A stretch of 64,000 nt of DNA from Eledone cirrhosa (taxonomy: Eukaryota), in NCBI GenBank assembly GCA_964016885.1, contig OZ024742.1, forward strand, positions 183,272,001 through 183,336,000. Reading direction: 5' to 3'. Under the pieces are notes generated by a model. It was given only the letters and a program-made list of their open reading frames with translations, was not told where the DNA came from and did not search any database. Both the position numbers and the translations under genes were made by a program. Positions 1 to 12,702 of the stretch are shown here, one piece after another. Within the stretch, counting starts at the first letter, position 1; every line of letters starts with the position of its first letter.

Positions 1-6
1 CATATA

Positions 7-62
<56 letters not shown>

Positions 63-120
63 CATATACATATATATATATAAATATACATATATACATA
101 TATACATATATATATACATA

Positions 121-297
121 ACTCACTCGATATGCAAATTAGGCTGCTCAGCCGTTAATTTTTATAAGGAAAGTATATACTTTCGAACGTTCAACCATCT
201 GGCAGAAGGGTATACGGTGCTGACGATAGCTAACAAGCTTGAAACTAGTACATCGTTCCTGTGTCAGTGTTGAACAAAAAGGTGACGTGTTGCCTAC
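121..297 (+). mobile_element. HHR-bearing repeat family A (Penelope pLTR-like or retrozyme-like), partial copy
   Basis: Near-identical to 38498-38650 (+) and 53690-53868 (-); begins directly after a (TA)n tract. Confidence 0.85.
214..256 (+). ncRNA. Minimal type I hammerhead ribozyme, family A
   Basis: acggtg-CTGACGA-t-agct-aaca-agct-t-GAAA-ctag-TA-catcgt: stem I, core, stem II and palindromic stem III are all present. Confidence 0.88.
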
Positions 298-587
298 GCA
301 CATACATCGTGTATAAGATAGAATGTAACAAGTGCAACCAATACTATATAGGTAGCACAATCCAACCTTTGCACATCTGGATCAAGGAACACACTAAAAC
401 TAAGGCCTCGTCTTTCCGGAAACACATAGACAAATGCGGAAACAAAGACGGAAGGCCCATTGTCACAATTCTAGCGACTGAAAGAAACGTCGGCACGTTA
501 CGTATCAAGGAAGCACTTTGGATCAAACGCCTAGAGCCACAAATAAACAATCGATCCAAGAGAAGCGAAATGAGGTGGTTGGTTTAA
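261..587 (+). pseudogene. Penelope-like element GIY-YIG endonuclease, C-terminal fragment
   Basis: IVYKIECNKCNQYYIGST...LHIWIKEH...LRIKEALWIKRLEPQIN matches the PLE GIY-YIG layout; no RT upstream. Confidence 0.85.
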
Positions 588-830
588 GTTAACAAACGAT
601 GCAGCAACACACGCATACATACACACAAGCGAGACAGCAACACACGCACACACACACACACAGGGTGTGTTTTAAGCTGTCTCACACGCACCCTCTCTAT
701 TGTATATATTATATTTTTTTCTCATGTTCTCAATATTAAGGTATATAAATATTGAGTTTTGTCATATATTACTCACTACCATGACTGAATCTTAACCATC
801 TACTATGTCAGGGTATGTCATGCATCATCT

Positions 831-897
831 TATTTTATCTGATGAGGACGTACTGTTGAACTTAACTCAGTACCTCTGAAATATGTATAATAAAATA
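831..897 (+). ncRNA. Type I hammerhead ribozyme, family B, in a pLTR downstream of GIY-YIG
   Basis: tattttat-CTGATGA-ggacgtactg-loop-cagtacctct-GAAA-tatgta-TA-ataaaata; perfect 8-bp stem I. Confidence 0.88.
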
Positions 898-942
898 TAC
901 TTGATCACACGAATATCTATTCTGTTAATATTTTGAATTAAG

Positions 943-980
<38 letters not shown>

Positions 981-1728
981 TTGAAATCCTGACGATTTCT
1001 TTTGAATGAAACAGTTCTAGTCCTGTAGAAGCCATTTCTATATTAAATTTGATGCTTACACTCTGCTAATGTATTAAGTACCTTACTTGAACTCGAGACT
1101 CATATATGTGTGTGTGTAAATACATATAACTTACAAATAAAACAATTAAAATGTCATATTCATCTTTAGTAATAGTTGGTAGTTGTTTCTACTTAAAATG
1201 TCCACAGGGTCATCTAGTGTGTGTTATGGTATAATAACAGTAAACAATCAGTTGTTAAATATTTACCATATGTTAAGAAGGGAAATTAAAGAATGATGAA
1301 TCTGTTTACATTCTATCATCCACCACTTCTAAAATAACACAACTTATCAGCCAGTTGTAAGTTGAGAGGTTCAGCATTTCTTATAGAACTATTATTTCTA
1401 TAAAAGGTTTTGTTGGCATTTTTAGAATAAAGCCTCTTGGTAAAATATTGCCTGTATGGCTGTTACTTCATCTGATCTTCAACTTTTACATTTTACTTAA
1501 ATGATCATGGTCATTTTACTTAAATCATCATGGTCATCGCTGTCAACATTACCACCACCACCATCATCATCATCCTCATTTGCTTTCCCTACTAGCACAA
1601 ATCGAAACCGCCCGAGCTCACAGTCAATCCTCTACTTTCACTAATATGGATCTGTTATTTTTATCTAAAGACATTTTTTTCCAATTCCAAACCGCCCGTC
1701 CCTTCAATCTATCTTATATCTCATTCTT

Positions 1729-1764
1729 TCTTCTGATGAAGGACAAGCGTCCGAAACGTTAAGA
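1729..1764 (+). ncRNA. Minimal hammerhead ribozyme, family C
   Basis: tctt-CTGATGA-a-ggac-aagc-gtcc-GAAA-cgtt-aaga; the downstream tail cttcctgctatttcaagcgttaa is shared with 20411-20437. Confidence 0.82.
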
Positions 1765-2029
1765 CCCCTTCCTGCTATTTCAAGCGTTAACCTTTTACAT
1801 ACATACATATATATATATATAATAATAATAATTTTTTTTACTCAAGTATCACTATTACAGTTGCTATAAGATATGAGTACCGTGTGTTTTGGCAGATTGT
1901 GAGGCAGCTAGAGTACAGAGTTTGAACATTTCTTTTCAGCATGTATCAATTCAACTACATGCGACCAAACGAATCTTCTTTATTTCAAGTATGGAAAGCA
2001 GGAACCAACTCCAATACATATTCTTGTTG

Positions 2030-2185
2030 TGTACATGGAGATTGCAGAGGTATAGATATGTGATGCGTATGAATGATGACAGCTGTATAAAAAGGTGCAG
2101 GGCATTCAAAGTTGATGGAAGCTACGGAAGAGGAAGACTTAGAGAGATTTGGGATAAGGTGATAAAAACTGATCTCAAAAAGCAC
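2030..2185 (+). mobile_element. RTE LINE 3' coding remnant
   Basis: RLQRYRYVMRMNDDSCIKRCRAFKVDGSYGRGR is homologous to the 3463-3690 and 14416-14530 RTE C-termini. Confidence 0.7.
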
Positions 2186-2465
2186 TTACGTGTGTGTGTG
2201 TGTGTGTTTGTATTGATGTGTAATGCTTAGTTACTGATGGTTCATCAGTTGGACCACACAATATTTGGGTCTGGCTACCGATGTGGCATTCTACACTTCG
2301 TACTTCACCATAATCGGTATCTTTAAGAAGCAGCGTATTAATCATAATATTAAGGAGTAGGAACGAGAATCCACATGCCTGATGAGCTATCAATTCCAGA
2401 GTCAGGTCACGTGAAAAAAATTAATGATGTTATATCGATACTTTGTTCCTGGTCCTTATTATTAT

Positions 2466-2650
2466 GGTGGATTGGCAGTATTGGTAGAGTCTCAGACACC
2501 ATGCTTTGCAGCATAGATTTATGGCTTTTACGATCTGAGTTCAAATCCCGCCAAAGTTAACTTTGCCTCTCGTCCTTACGGGGTTGATAAAAATAAAGCA
2601 CCAGTAATGCACTGGGTTAATTGCTGGCCTTGTGCCAAAAGTAGAAACTA
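2466..2650 (+). mobile_element. tRNA-derived SINE family 1 (Nin/Deu-like core)
   Basis: B-box-like gagttcaaatcc, core ctttgcct..catccttacggggt.gataaaa, tail ggccttgtgccaaaagtagaaac; many copies in the window. Confidence 0.85.
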
Positions 2651-2682
2651 TTATTATTATTATATATATATATACACACACT

Positions 2683-2721
<39 letters not shown>

Positions 2722-2986
2722 TTATATATACACATATATATATATACACATATATATCACGATAAATTAACGGAGCCATAGACCCTCGCCATTCCCTGTA
2801 AATAATGTGCTCTTTCATAGGTTATAGATTCATAGGTTATAGATTCCATACACTGGTGGTTTTCCCATGTTTTATTGATAGCGCACTGTATATCTCTCTC
2901 TAGTGTGTTACCTTTTCAACTTATTGTATTTTATATATATATATACACTTATGTATATATATGTATATCTATATATATACACACCC

Positions 2987-3022
<36 letters not shown>

Positions 3023-3024
3023 CC

Positions 3025-3060
<36 letters not shown>

Positions 3061-3070
3061 CCATGTATAT

Positions 3071-3696
3071 CATCATCAACGTTTAATGTCCGTGTTCCAC
3101 GCTTGCATGGGTTTGGACGGGGGTAGTCCCACTTGAGGCAAGAGTGATTGTCTTGCTCGCATAGGACTGTCTGGCAGGTTTTCTACAGTTGGATGCCCTT
3201 CCTAACACCAACCACATTTACAGTGTGGGTCTGGGAGGTTTTTACCGTGTTGCCTACACGGCCACATTACAGCGTGGACTGTGTGTTTTTTTGTCGTGAC
3301 ACCTACACGATCTCATTTGTTTCGGCCTGGATGGTGTGGCACCAACATAACTTTACATAGAACGGGGTGGTGTGGATGGGGTGGGGGTGGTGGGACGGGG
3401 GGGGGGGGGGGGGGGTATTTTGTTAGAGATGCCTACTGGCTGTAGTAGGTTTTACTATGTATTTAGGTAAGGCGGGTCTTCTCTGTTACTGAGTACCGCC
3501 AAAGGTCTCGGTCCAGTGACATTGTCTTGGAGAGGTGTAAGTGTGTGAGGTCGGAGTTTATCAGCTCGTCCCAGGTTTTTCTAGGTCTGCCTATTCCGTG
3601 GCTACCATCTATCTTTATTGCCCTGCACTTTGTTATACAGCTATCGACTTTCATGCGCATCACGTGTCCATACCAACGTAGCCTTCTCTCGAGTAA
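3071..3696 (-). mobile_element. 5'-truncated RTE LINE with (CAT)n tail and TSD
   Basis: [18 protein letters not shown]...GRPRKTW; flanked by direct repeat atacacccatgtatat (3055-3070 and 3697-3712). Confidence 0.85.
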
Positions 3697-3819
3697 ATAC
3701 ACCCATGTATATATATATATATATATACACGCACACATAATTGTTGATTTGCTTTCATGTACGCATATGTCTGTGTTTGCACACATATATATATACACTT
3801 ATGTATATATATATACATT

Positions 3820-3853
<34 letters not shown>

Positions 3854-4036
3854 CATTTATGTGTGTATATATATATATATATACATTTATGTATATATAT
3901 ATATATTTATACATTTATGTATATATATATACATTTATGTATATATATATATATTTATGTATATATATATATATATATACATATATATATACATTTATGT
4001 ATGTATGTATATATATATATATATATACACCCATGG

Positions 4037-4078
<42 letters not shown>

Positions 4079-4674
4079 CCATGGTTATATATATATATAT
4101 ATATACATACACACACACACACACATAATTGTTGATTTGCTTTCATGTACGCATATGTCTGTGTTTGCACACACACGTGTACAGCTACAAACCCAAGCAT
4201 GTGCCCTTTCATGCCTGCATGCAGAAACACACACGTGTACATCTACAAACATGCGTGTGACCTTCCGAACAACAAAGTCCCATTCACTTGCTTAGTGAGC
4301 CTAGTGTTATAATATAATATACAAAAAATAAAACCAACAGTCTCCATTTTAAAAAGTTTAACAATGTCATTAAAGTTGTCTGTAATTTAATAGAAGGTTC
4401 ACTGAGAACATATTTTATCTTCTTTGAATCGGCTTAAGATGACCCCCTCCCCTTCCTCACCCGATATAATAAACAAATGGAAAAGAAAAAGAAAAAGAGC
4501 TAGTAGAAAAATAATTATGATGATGATAGTAAAAATGAAAATTTTGTGATGATTTATTTTATTTATTTATTATTTATTTTCATTTCGTGGGTGGGTGGGG
4601 TGGGGGCACTTTTCAAACAAGAAAGAGATGGTATATCTTTTGAAACTAACTAATCTGAGAGAAAAAAAAAAAGT

Positions 4675-4705
<31 letters not shown>

Positions 4706-5034
4706 CACGACCAGCACCACCACAAATACCACTGCTATGTCTATTGCTACTACGACCACCATTATTATTACCATCACTGCTGCTGCTGCAGATTTGCAGT
4801 GCATGTCTCCATAACAATAGTTTGCAGGAAGAAATGGGGGTGAAGGAGGAGATGAAATAAAATATGTATTCTTCAGCATCTAAAGAATTCAGTTGGAACA
4901 GTAGCATATTCTGAACTCTACATGGCATTGTTACATAGAAATAATAATAGTGCTATATTTGAGATCAAACCCTTTATGCAGACTTTAAGCCTTGGCCAAA
5001 AACTGATCATTAAGCCTTGGCCAAAAACTGATCA

Positions 5035-5552
5035 TTAACCCTTTCGTGGTTGTATTTCTAATGAAATTCACTCTCAATAAATTAATGAAGAATATTAAAA
5101 TTATTAATTGCTTCATTATACTAAAATAGTAGCGTAACCCTTTCATGACTATTTTTAATGACATATTCTCTATTTCAATTAATAAGTGAAGAATTTTGAG
5201 GGATTTACTAAAATTATTATTTCATTACTAATAAAATAACTGAACATATGGTTCTTATATAAAATTATGTTGGAAGATTTTAACTTAAATAGGAACCTTT
5301 TAAAATAGGTGGTTCTGTTTTACAGAATCAGGGTCAGTTTTTGTCGTGTAGGTACTAAAGATGTCAATGGAAAATTTTGAGGGGTATATTAAAATTATTG
5401 ATTATTTCTTTACTAAGATAGTAACTTAACATATGGTTCCTATAAAAAATTATGTTGGAAGATTTTTATTTAAATAGGAACTCTTTAAAATGGGTTGTTC
5501 TGTTTCATAAAACCAGAGACGGGTTTTTGCAGGGTTGGTATCAAAAGAGTTG
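5035..5552. mobile_element. piggyBac-like MITE remnant with internal duplication
   Basis: ttaaccctttcg start and degenerate aaagagttga end; related sequence near 46415-46652. Confidence 0.4.
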
Positions 5553-6000
5553 AACAACAGTTAATTTTTGAAAACTAGAAAGCAAAACCATAGAATGATC
5601 TTTTAATTTACAATTAATGTATTTGCAAAAACGAGAGAAACAGAGACAAAAATAGTAACCATATGAAATTCCGAGTGACAACAAAAATGCGGAAATTTTT
5701 CTCAATGGGCTTTGGAGAAACCCTAATTAATGCTATAAATTAATTTTGTCAAGAATATTTCCTAATCGAATCATTGCCGTTGTTTTACACACAACAGCTG
5801 CCAGGATTTATTAATGCAGTGAACCAATATTACAAGATACAAACAATCTTCATATAATTATGTGTAATGGCTAGATGTTCAAAGAACTTTTAACAGAAAT
5901 CAATATGTAGTAAAATCATTGACAAAAAAAAAAAAAAATACACAAACATTAATCCATCCCATCTCCCTCCAAAAAAGTCAGTTAGAGACAGAAGGCATAT

Positions 6001-6172
6001 AATTGTTTCTACTTTTGGCACAAGGCCAGCAATTACTCAGTACATTACTGATACTTTATTTTATCGACCCGTAAGGATGCAAGTCAAAGTTAGCCACGGC
6101 GGGATTTGAATTCAGATCGTAAAGGGACATAACTATGTTGGAAAGCATGTCCGACCCTCTACTGATACTGCC

Positions 6173-6174
<2 letters not shown>
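6001..6174 (-). mobile_element. SINE family 1
   Basis: Reverse complement of the family 1 consensus. Confidence 0.85.
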
Positions 6175-6223
<49 letters not shown>

Positions 6224-6908
6224 GTAAATTTTAAATATAATCATCATCATTTTACAAATGCTTTTCTCTGCTTACACACACTTTAACTAATATCCCTCAG
6301 ACAACAGTGCATTCAGACCTACTTACTGCACAAACATATATACATATATATACACATAGAATTGTATGGTGTTATAATTCTGACTGAAATTACTTTAAGA
6401 AAAAGAACAAAAAAAAAAAAAACGTGTCCAATACATTGAACTTCCTAACACGAAATGGTGCAGAGGTAACTGAGTAGATGAGTGGAGACATTTGTAAAAG
6501 TATTGAAAATGTGTGGCCTGCTGGTTAGGGTGTTGGACTCACGATTGGGTGTCATGTTATGTTATTGAACAGAATGCTTTATTTCACATTACTTTTCATA
6601 GGACCAAGGTGTGGTCATTAAAATGCCCAGAAAACAACCTCATACAAGGCCAGCTAAAGCTACAAAATTGTGAGATGAAAATTTCATTTCTAAATGTGAA
6701 ACAGTACTTACGTAATAATGATTATATGGTGGTGCTAATATAAAAGGTCATCAATGCATTAAGTCAAATTTATTGCTATTTATAGGCAGTAGGTTCTGAG
6801 GTTAACTTTGTCTTTCATCCTTACGGGGTCAATAAAATAAAGCACCAGTAATGCACTGGGGTAATTGCTGGCCTTGTGCCAAAAGTAGAAAAATAATTAT
6901 AGGCAATA

Positions 6909-7596
6909 CACCATATATACTCGAATAAAACCAAGGAATATGCAACCAAAAAATGGATGGGAAATTTTTTTTCGGAGGTGGGGGTGGGGGTGGGGGTGTA
7001 CCCGGATTATATTTTGGGTCAATATTTTGACGATTTTCACCAACTTCAAATTCTACGCAAGTAGGGTGCTAAAATATCTGGAGTGATTATTTCAGTGTGA
7101 CACTGTTTTTCTACATTAACTATATCGTCCGGAGTTTTATTTATGCATTGCCTTGAGAACATTTCCACAAAGTTTAATTTGAACTTTTTCATAAATAACC
7201 TATACATATAGACACGTACACATACACATGCGCCAACTGTTTTTCTTTGTAACTTAATTATACTTTTTCTTTTAATCTCTCTCTCTTTCTCTTCCTTCTC
7301 TTGCTCTCGCCTTCCCATTTTCTCGCTCTGCCTTTCCCCTATCTATCTCTCTTGTTGTTTCATTTCGTAATGGATTCGTGAAACAAAAATTATACTCTAA
7401 ATGACACCTAAAACAATTTAAATATCAAAACATTAAAGCTTCGTAAATGTTTTTTCCACCCATGAGAATTTCAAAAGTGTGCCATAATGTATTGATTAGC
7501 TGCCTCCACTTAGAATCGGGGTTTGAATATTTGCCCATTTCTCAGCCATAAAAATGGGGGGGGGGGGGGGGGGGTTATATTCGAGGATATCAGGTA
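6909..7596. mobile_element. Tc1/pogo (Tigger-like) MITE
   Basis: Imperfect TIRs caccatatatactcgaataaaacc / ggttatattcgaggatatcaggta. Confidence 0.55.
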
Positions 7597-8529
7597 ATTA
7601 ACAAAGGTGAATGGGAGTAATTTAGTTTGAACTAAATATCTATGAAAAATATTAATGAAATAGGTTGTTCAAAAGTTTTATTTACCATACTATTGTTTAG
7701 CCTATGGTAATCGTGTGCAACCAGCAACCTTAAGGTAGCATATGGCATTCTGAAAGAAGTACAATATTCAAAGGCAAACTTTTATATTGGATGATTTTAT
7801 TTAACATCTATCTTTTCAACTATTTAAGACTCATAAAAAAAGACTGTTATATATTTTTTATTTATATTTCGTAAAATAACTGGGGTTCAGTGAGAAATTC
7901 TCTTTACAAAAGTGACCTCACTGGGTGTCAGTGAACCTTAATGCTGCCTACCAGCATAAAAGGTTCCCCACTCCTGGTTTAAAGTCAGCAATATTCAAAT
8001 ACATTCCAACCTTGACCATCAAATCTTATTTTATTCTCTTGTAGTGTCTGTAAGTTTACATTCATCAAAGTGTCATTCTTATTGAAGAAAGTAGGGTGTG
8101 ATTTGATACTGATCTGGCTGCGATTTCTAGCATGTTGTGTGACCACTTAGAAGTTCCCACATTGGCATCATCATTATTATTATTATTATTATTATTTGGC
8201 AAAGTTGTTAGAGAATTGGACAAATGCTAAACACTATTTGTTCCAAGCTCTTTACATTGAGTTCAAATTCCTCTATGGTCAAGTTTGCTTTTCCTCCTTC
8301 CAAGGTCAATAAAATAAAGTACCAGTTAAGTATTGGTGTCAATATAATCAACATCACCTTCACTTAAATTGCTGGCTTTGTGCCTAAATTAAAACCAATT
8401 ATTAACACTGTCATGTTACAAAAGACAGTATTTGGTAGTCAAAAATTCTCATTAGATTCTGTAAAGGGGCTGACGCTACCTTTGAGAAAAGAGGGGTCTT
8501 TGTCAAGGATCTAACAGCATCCCCAATGC

Positions 8530-8822
8530 TTGTGCTATGATAAAATGCACCCAGTATTTCACTCTTTAAAGTAGGATCAAAGGACATGATCATTCTAGTG
8601 ATGCCACTCTAAAATACACCCAGTATTATACTCTGTAAAGTAGGATCAAAGGATATGATCTATGTAGTACTGATGCCACTATAAAATAGGATCAAAGGAT
8701 ATGATCTCTGTAGTACTGATGCCACTATAAAATACACCCAGTATTATACTCTGTAAAGTAGGATCAAAGGATATGATCTATGTAGTACTGATGCCACTAT
8801 AAAATGCACCCAGTACACACTG
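8530..8822 (+). repeat. Tandem repeat of about 72 nt derived from an RTE/SINE tail segment
   Basis: gatgccactataaaatacacccagtattatactctgtaaagtaggatcaaaggatatgatc repeated about 4 times, one copy internally deleted. Confidence 0.75.
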
Positions 8823-9059
8823 TTGGTGTCAGTAAGGGTATCCTGACCAAAAAGTAGAACATACGAGTATGACAGTGCTCCCCACCACTCTCAGTCCATC
8901 TAAGAGGACAGTAGTCCTGAATAAGAACTGACTAGGATTGTAATAACCCATTTAACCAATAGCAGCATGGACAATGGGGCTAAAATGATGATATCTTAAT
9001 CTGCATACATTTAACTATTATTAGGCCTCTGTTAGCATACATTTTTTAATGCAAAAATA

Positions 9060-9700
9060 TTGGTTAGAGTGATGGATAAAATGAGTTGTGAGACTTTGTT
9101 AAGGCCAATTATGTTCTGAGTTCAAATCCTGCCAAAATCAACTTTGCCTTTCAGCCTTCAGGAGTCAATAAATTAAAGTAACAGTTATGTACTGAGGTTG
9201 ATCTAATCGATTTTCCCCTCCTTACAATTTGTTGGTTTTATGCCTAAATTAGAATTCATTATATATGGGAATCTAAAGGACAGTGGAATGGCAGTATCAG
9301 TAGTGCATTGGACAATATGCTCTGTGGCATATAGTTACAGACCTTTACATTCTGAGTTCAAATGTTGCTGAGGTTTGCTTTGCCTTTCATCCTTACAGGA
9401 TTGATAAAATAAAGTACCAGTAACGCATAGGGGTTGATTTAATTGAGTTTCCCATCACCTCCAAATTGTTGGCCTTATGCCTAAATTATAAATCATTATC
9501 CCTTACTTAAATGGGCAGTGGATTAGCAGTATCGGTAGAGCATCAGACACCATGCTTTGCAGTAGAGTTATGGCCCTTTATGTTCTGATTTCAAATCCAA
9601 GCGAGGTTAATTTTGCCTTTCATCCTTACGGGGTTGATAAAATAAAGCACCAATAATGCACTGGAGTAATTGCTGGCCTTGTGCCAAAAGTAGAAACAAT
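9060..9700 (+). mobile_element. Three tandem SINE family 1 copies of differing divergence
   Basis: Core at about 9115-9260, 9350-9498 and 9583-9700. Confidence 0.8.
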
Positions 9701-10681
9701 TGTTTATGGGAATGTAATGAACAGTGAATTAATAAGGTGTGAGCCACTACAGACAGACAGCTAAGTATTATGTTAAAATATGGGGCAAGTGAGCACTTAA
9801 AAACAGTTCCTCTACTAAAAGTATTTATATTTGGTTAAAATGGTATTATATAAATGAGAATATTGAGTTGTATAAACTCTAACTCAGTAGTGCTGTTGGT
9901 GGTGATGAGGACAATGATGATGAGGATGATAACAATGACAATGATTAGGATGTTTACATTAAATTAAGTGACAATCTAGTGAAATTACAGAAGCAATGAA
10001 TAACAATTCTTAATTAATTTTTCATTGATTTAATTTTTAACTATTTTATTTCTTTATAATTAGAAATTAGGTGTTAACCTTCACATTTGCAGTTTGTTGA
10101 AAAAAAAAAAAAAAAACTAGAAAGGAAAATATTAGAGCCAAAAGATTAAAATGTATCACAGAATTTCTCACGGATATATCCCCAAATGTATATCTTGACC
10201 AGAGATTTAACACCAGCAAATACCTGGTTCAGAAAGTATTAGAAATTAATTATTTAGAGCAACATTCCCCAAAATTGGTTTCAAAGAAACCTAAGACTTC
10301 ACAAAAAAAAAAAAAAAAAAAAAAAATAAAGTGTTTTTTTAGTAAAATTTAAAAAAATATATACAGCTATGTGTTCTGTGATTTTCTGAAAATCATGTTA
10401 GGTTTCAGCTACAAATTAAGTTTAAAGATCTGTGAGATAAAATGTTTTTTATTAAAATTTAATTAATAAATTTATAATTTCTGAATTTTTAATTGGCAAC
10501 ATGAACCTCCCAAAGTACAACACTATATGTGTATAAATTTTCTCTGTAGTTTTGTTTCATTTTAATATCTTATTAAAATGTGGGAGGGGATTGTCCATAA
10601 AATATAGGCAGGGGTTCTGTGGCTTTTGGAAAATTGTAAAAAAAGGTTTATAATATTCCAAAGTAGAATTGTTAAATAAAT

Positions 10682-10862
10682 AATTGTTTCTACTTTTAGG
10701 CACAAGGCCAGCAATTACCCAGTACATTACTGGTACTTTATTTTATCGACCCCGTAAGGATGAAAGGCAAAGTTAACCTCGGCGAGATTTGAACTCAGAA
10801 TGGCAAGGGCCGTAACTCTATGCGTCAAAGCATGGCGACCGACCCTCTACCAATACTGCCAA
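10682..10862 (-). mobile_element. SINE family 1
   Basis: Near-consensus copy. Confidence 0.88.
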
Positions 10863-11057
10863 TAATGAAGTGCTGATGTATATTTTAAATTTATCATAAA
10901 TAATTTGCTTTAGAAAGTGGTATACAGAATGCTGTATATAATCATGTACAAGTTGAAATTTTTAGATTGTTTCTGGAGGTTAAATGTATAGGGTCGACTA
11001 TTACATAGATACTAATTTTGTAGGGCGCAAATTCACACTACAATCCACACAGAAGGC

Positions 11058-11385
11058 CATCATTATCATTTTATGTCCACTTTTCCCTGCTTGCAAGGGT
11101 GGGACGGGAACTGATTCTGGCTTGATTTCTACAGCTGGATGCCCTTTCTAACACCAACCTCATTTACAGTGAGTGCTGGGTGCTTTTTTGCCGTGGCACC
11201 TCCACGACCACTTTGCAGTGGAATGATAGGGACCCAGTCCCTATCATCTCATTTCTACAGCCGAGTAAACTAGAGCAATGTGAAATAAAGTGTCTTGCTC
11301 AAGGAAACAACACATCACCCGGTCTGACAATTGAACTCACAACCTTTCGATTGCAAGGCCAATGCTCTAACCACTAAGCCATGTG

Positions 11386-11389
<4 letters not shown>
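11058..11389 (-). mobile_element. tRNA-derived SINE family 2 with RTE-type 3' tail
   Basis: Head gaggcacatggcttagtggttagagca...gagttcaatt; central ccttgagcaagacacttt; tail shared with the RTE 3'UTR at 14008-14275. Confidence 0.88.
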
Positions 11390-11447
<58 letters not shown>

Positions 11448-11575
11448 ATTGCCTATGTAAAAGTTCTATTTAAATTGTTGGGATACAACAAGCAAATATT
11501 TTTTATAACAGATATAAAGCACTCAACAAATTATTGGAGTAAAAATACGATATATTAACAAATGGAAACTATATT

Positions 11576-11640
11576 TATTTCATTATACATATTTCAAGGG
11601 CACCAAGTTAAAATATGGTGTGCTTTCATCAGATAAAATA
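11576..11640 (-). ncRNA. Hammerhead ribozyme family B, left arm
   Basis: Reverse complement of the 11788-11852 motif with one stem II substitution. Confidence 0.82.
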
Positions 11641-11787
11641 TAATATAGAGCAGTTTTATAAATAAATATTGACATACCCTTAAAGAATGCGACCATTACT
11701 GTTGGAAGCTATCCGGGAGCTTCCAACAGTAATGGTTGCATTCTTTAAGGGTATGTCAATATTTATTTATAAAACTGCTCTATATTA

Positions 11788-11852
11788 TATTTTATCTGAT
11801 GAAAGCACACCATATTTTAACTTGGTGTCCTTGAAATATGTATAATGAAATA
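11788..11852 (+). ncRNA. Hammerhead ribozyme family B, right arm
   Basis: tattttat-CTGATGA-aagcacacca-tattttaact-tggtgtcctt-GAAA-tatgta-TA-atgaaata. Confidence 0.88.
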
Positions 11853-11922
11853 AATATAGTTTCCATTTGTTAATATATCGTATATATATATATATAGGCA
11901 ATAATATATATATATATATATG

Positions 11923-12262
11923 ATGGCTGCCCCCTCGTTATCGAGTATGGCCATTACACGATATACCATTATTAATTAATTCTATTGTGCAATGCCTGAG
12001 CGTGAAGATATTTTTTAAAGTGAGGAAAGACTGTGCACTGAGCCAATCCCACTCTCTGAGTGACAGTAACTATAACCCGAAAAGAAGAAAAGATCAACAT
12101 CATCGGTAACTACTGAGCCGCAGGTTTTATATCGGAGTTACCCCAGTTTCCCGAGTTGCCTTCTCCTAGAAGAATGCCCTGACAAAGGCTAGGGGTCCTT
12201 CACTCCCAGTGGTTTAACCGTGCGATCGGGTATCCAGCCCGACTATTTCTATGTCCCCGCGC
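11923..12262 (-). mobile_element. Non-autonomous RTE-derived short element, related to 12703-13243
   Basis: Shares ggctgcc..ctcgtt.tcgagta.ggcca and ccttctcctagaa..tgcc.tgacaaaggcta.ggg. Confidence 0.6.
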
Positions 12263-12556
12263 ATATACATACACATGCATATATACACATGTACACATGT
12301 ACACATATATACACATGTACACATATAAATACATATGTACATGTGTATATATACACATATACATACATATGTGTATATACATATTTACAACACTTTTGGA
12401 TGGCCATTGACTTTTATGAGTTCTTCTGACCTTTGTCAGGTTTTATTTTTGCCCTGCAGGGTGTCCAAAATCACCCTCCTCTTCAAGTAAACTTGGTGGG
12501 GTTGGTGGTTTAGTCGACGATGACCCGACCATGCGTATATATACACATACATATAC

Positions 12557-12587
<31 letters not shown>

Positions 12588-12702
12588 CCTGGTGGGTTTG
12601 CTGGTTTAGTAGCGGACGACCCGACCATGCGTATATATACACACACATACATACATATATATATATACACATACATACATATATATACACATACATACAT
12701 AT

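Larger units (their letters stand above)
11545..11883. repeat. Near-perfect inverted repeat of the family B pLTR (166-nt arms, 7-nt spacer)
   Basis: 11545-11710 is the reverse complement of 11718-11883, with about 2 mismatches. Confidence 0.92.

Noticed and set aside
2379-2420. CTGATGAG...GAAA as a hammerhead
   Set aside because: No convincing stem II, stem III or stem I
2875-4295. Long [12 protein letters not shown] ORFs here and throughout the window
   Set aside because: Translations of stop-free microsatellites
4595-4928. Poly-Y/H/S ORFs
   Set aside because: Trinucleotide (CTA)n/(CCA)n repeats
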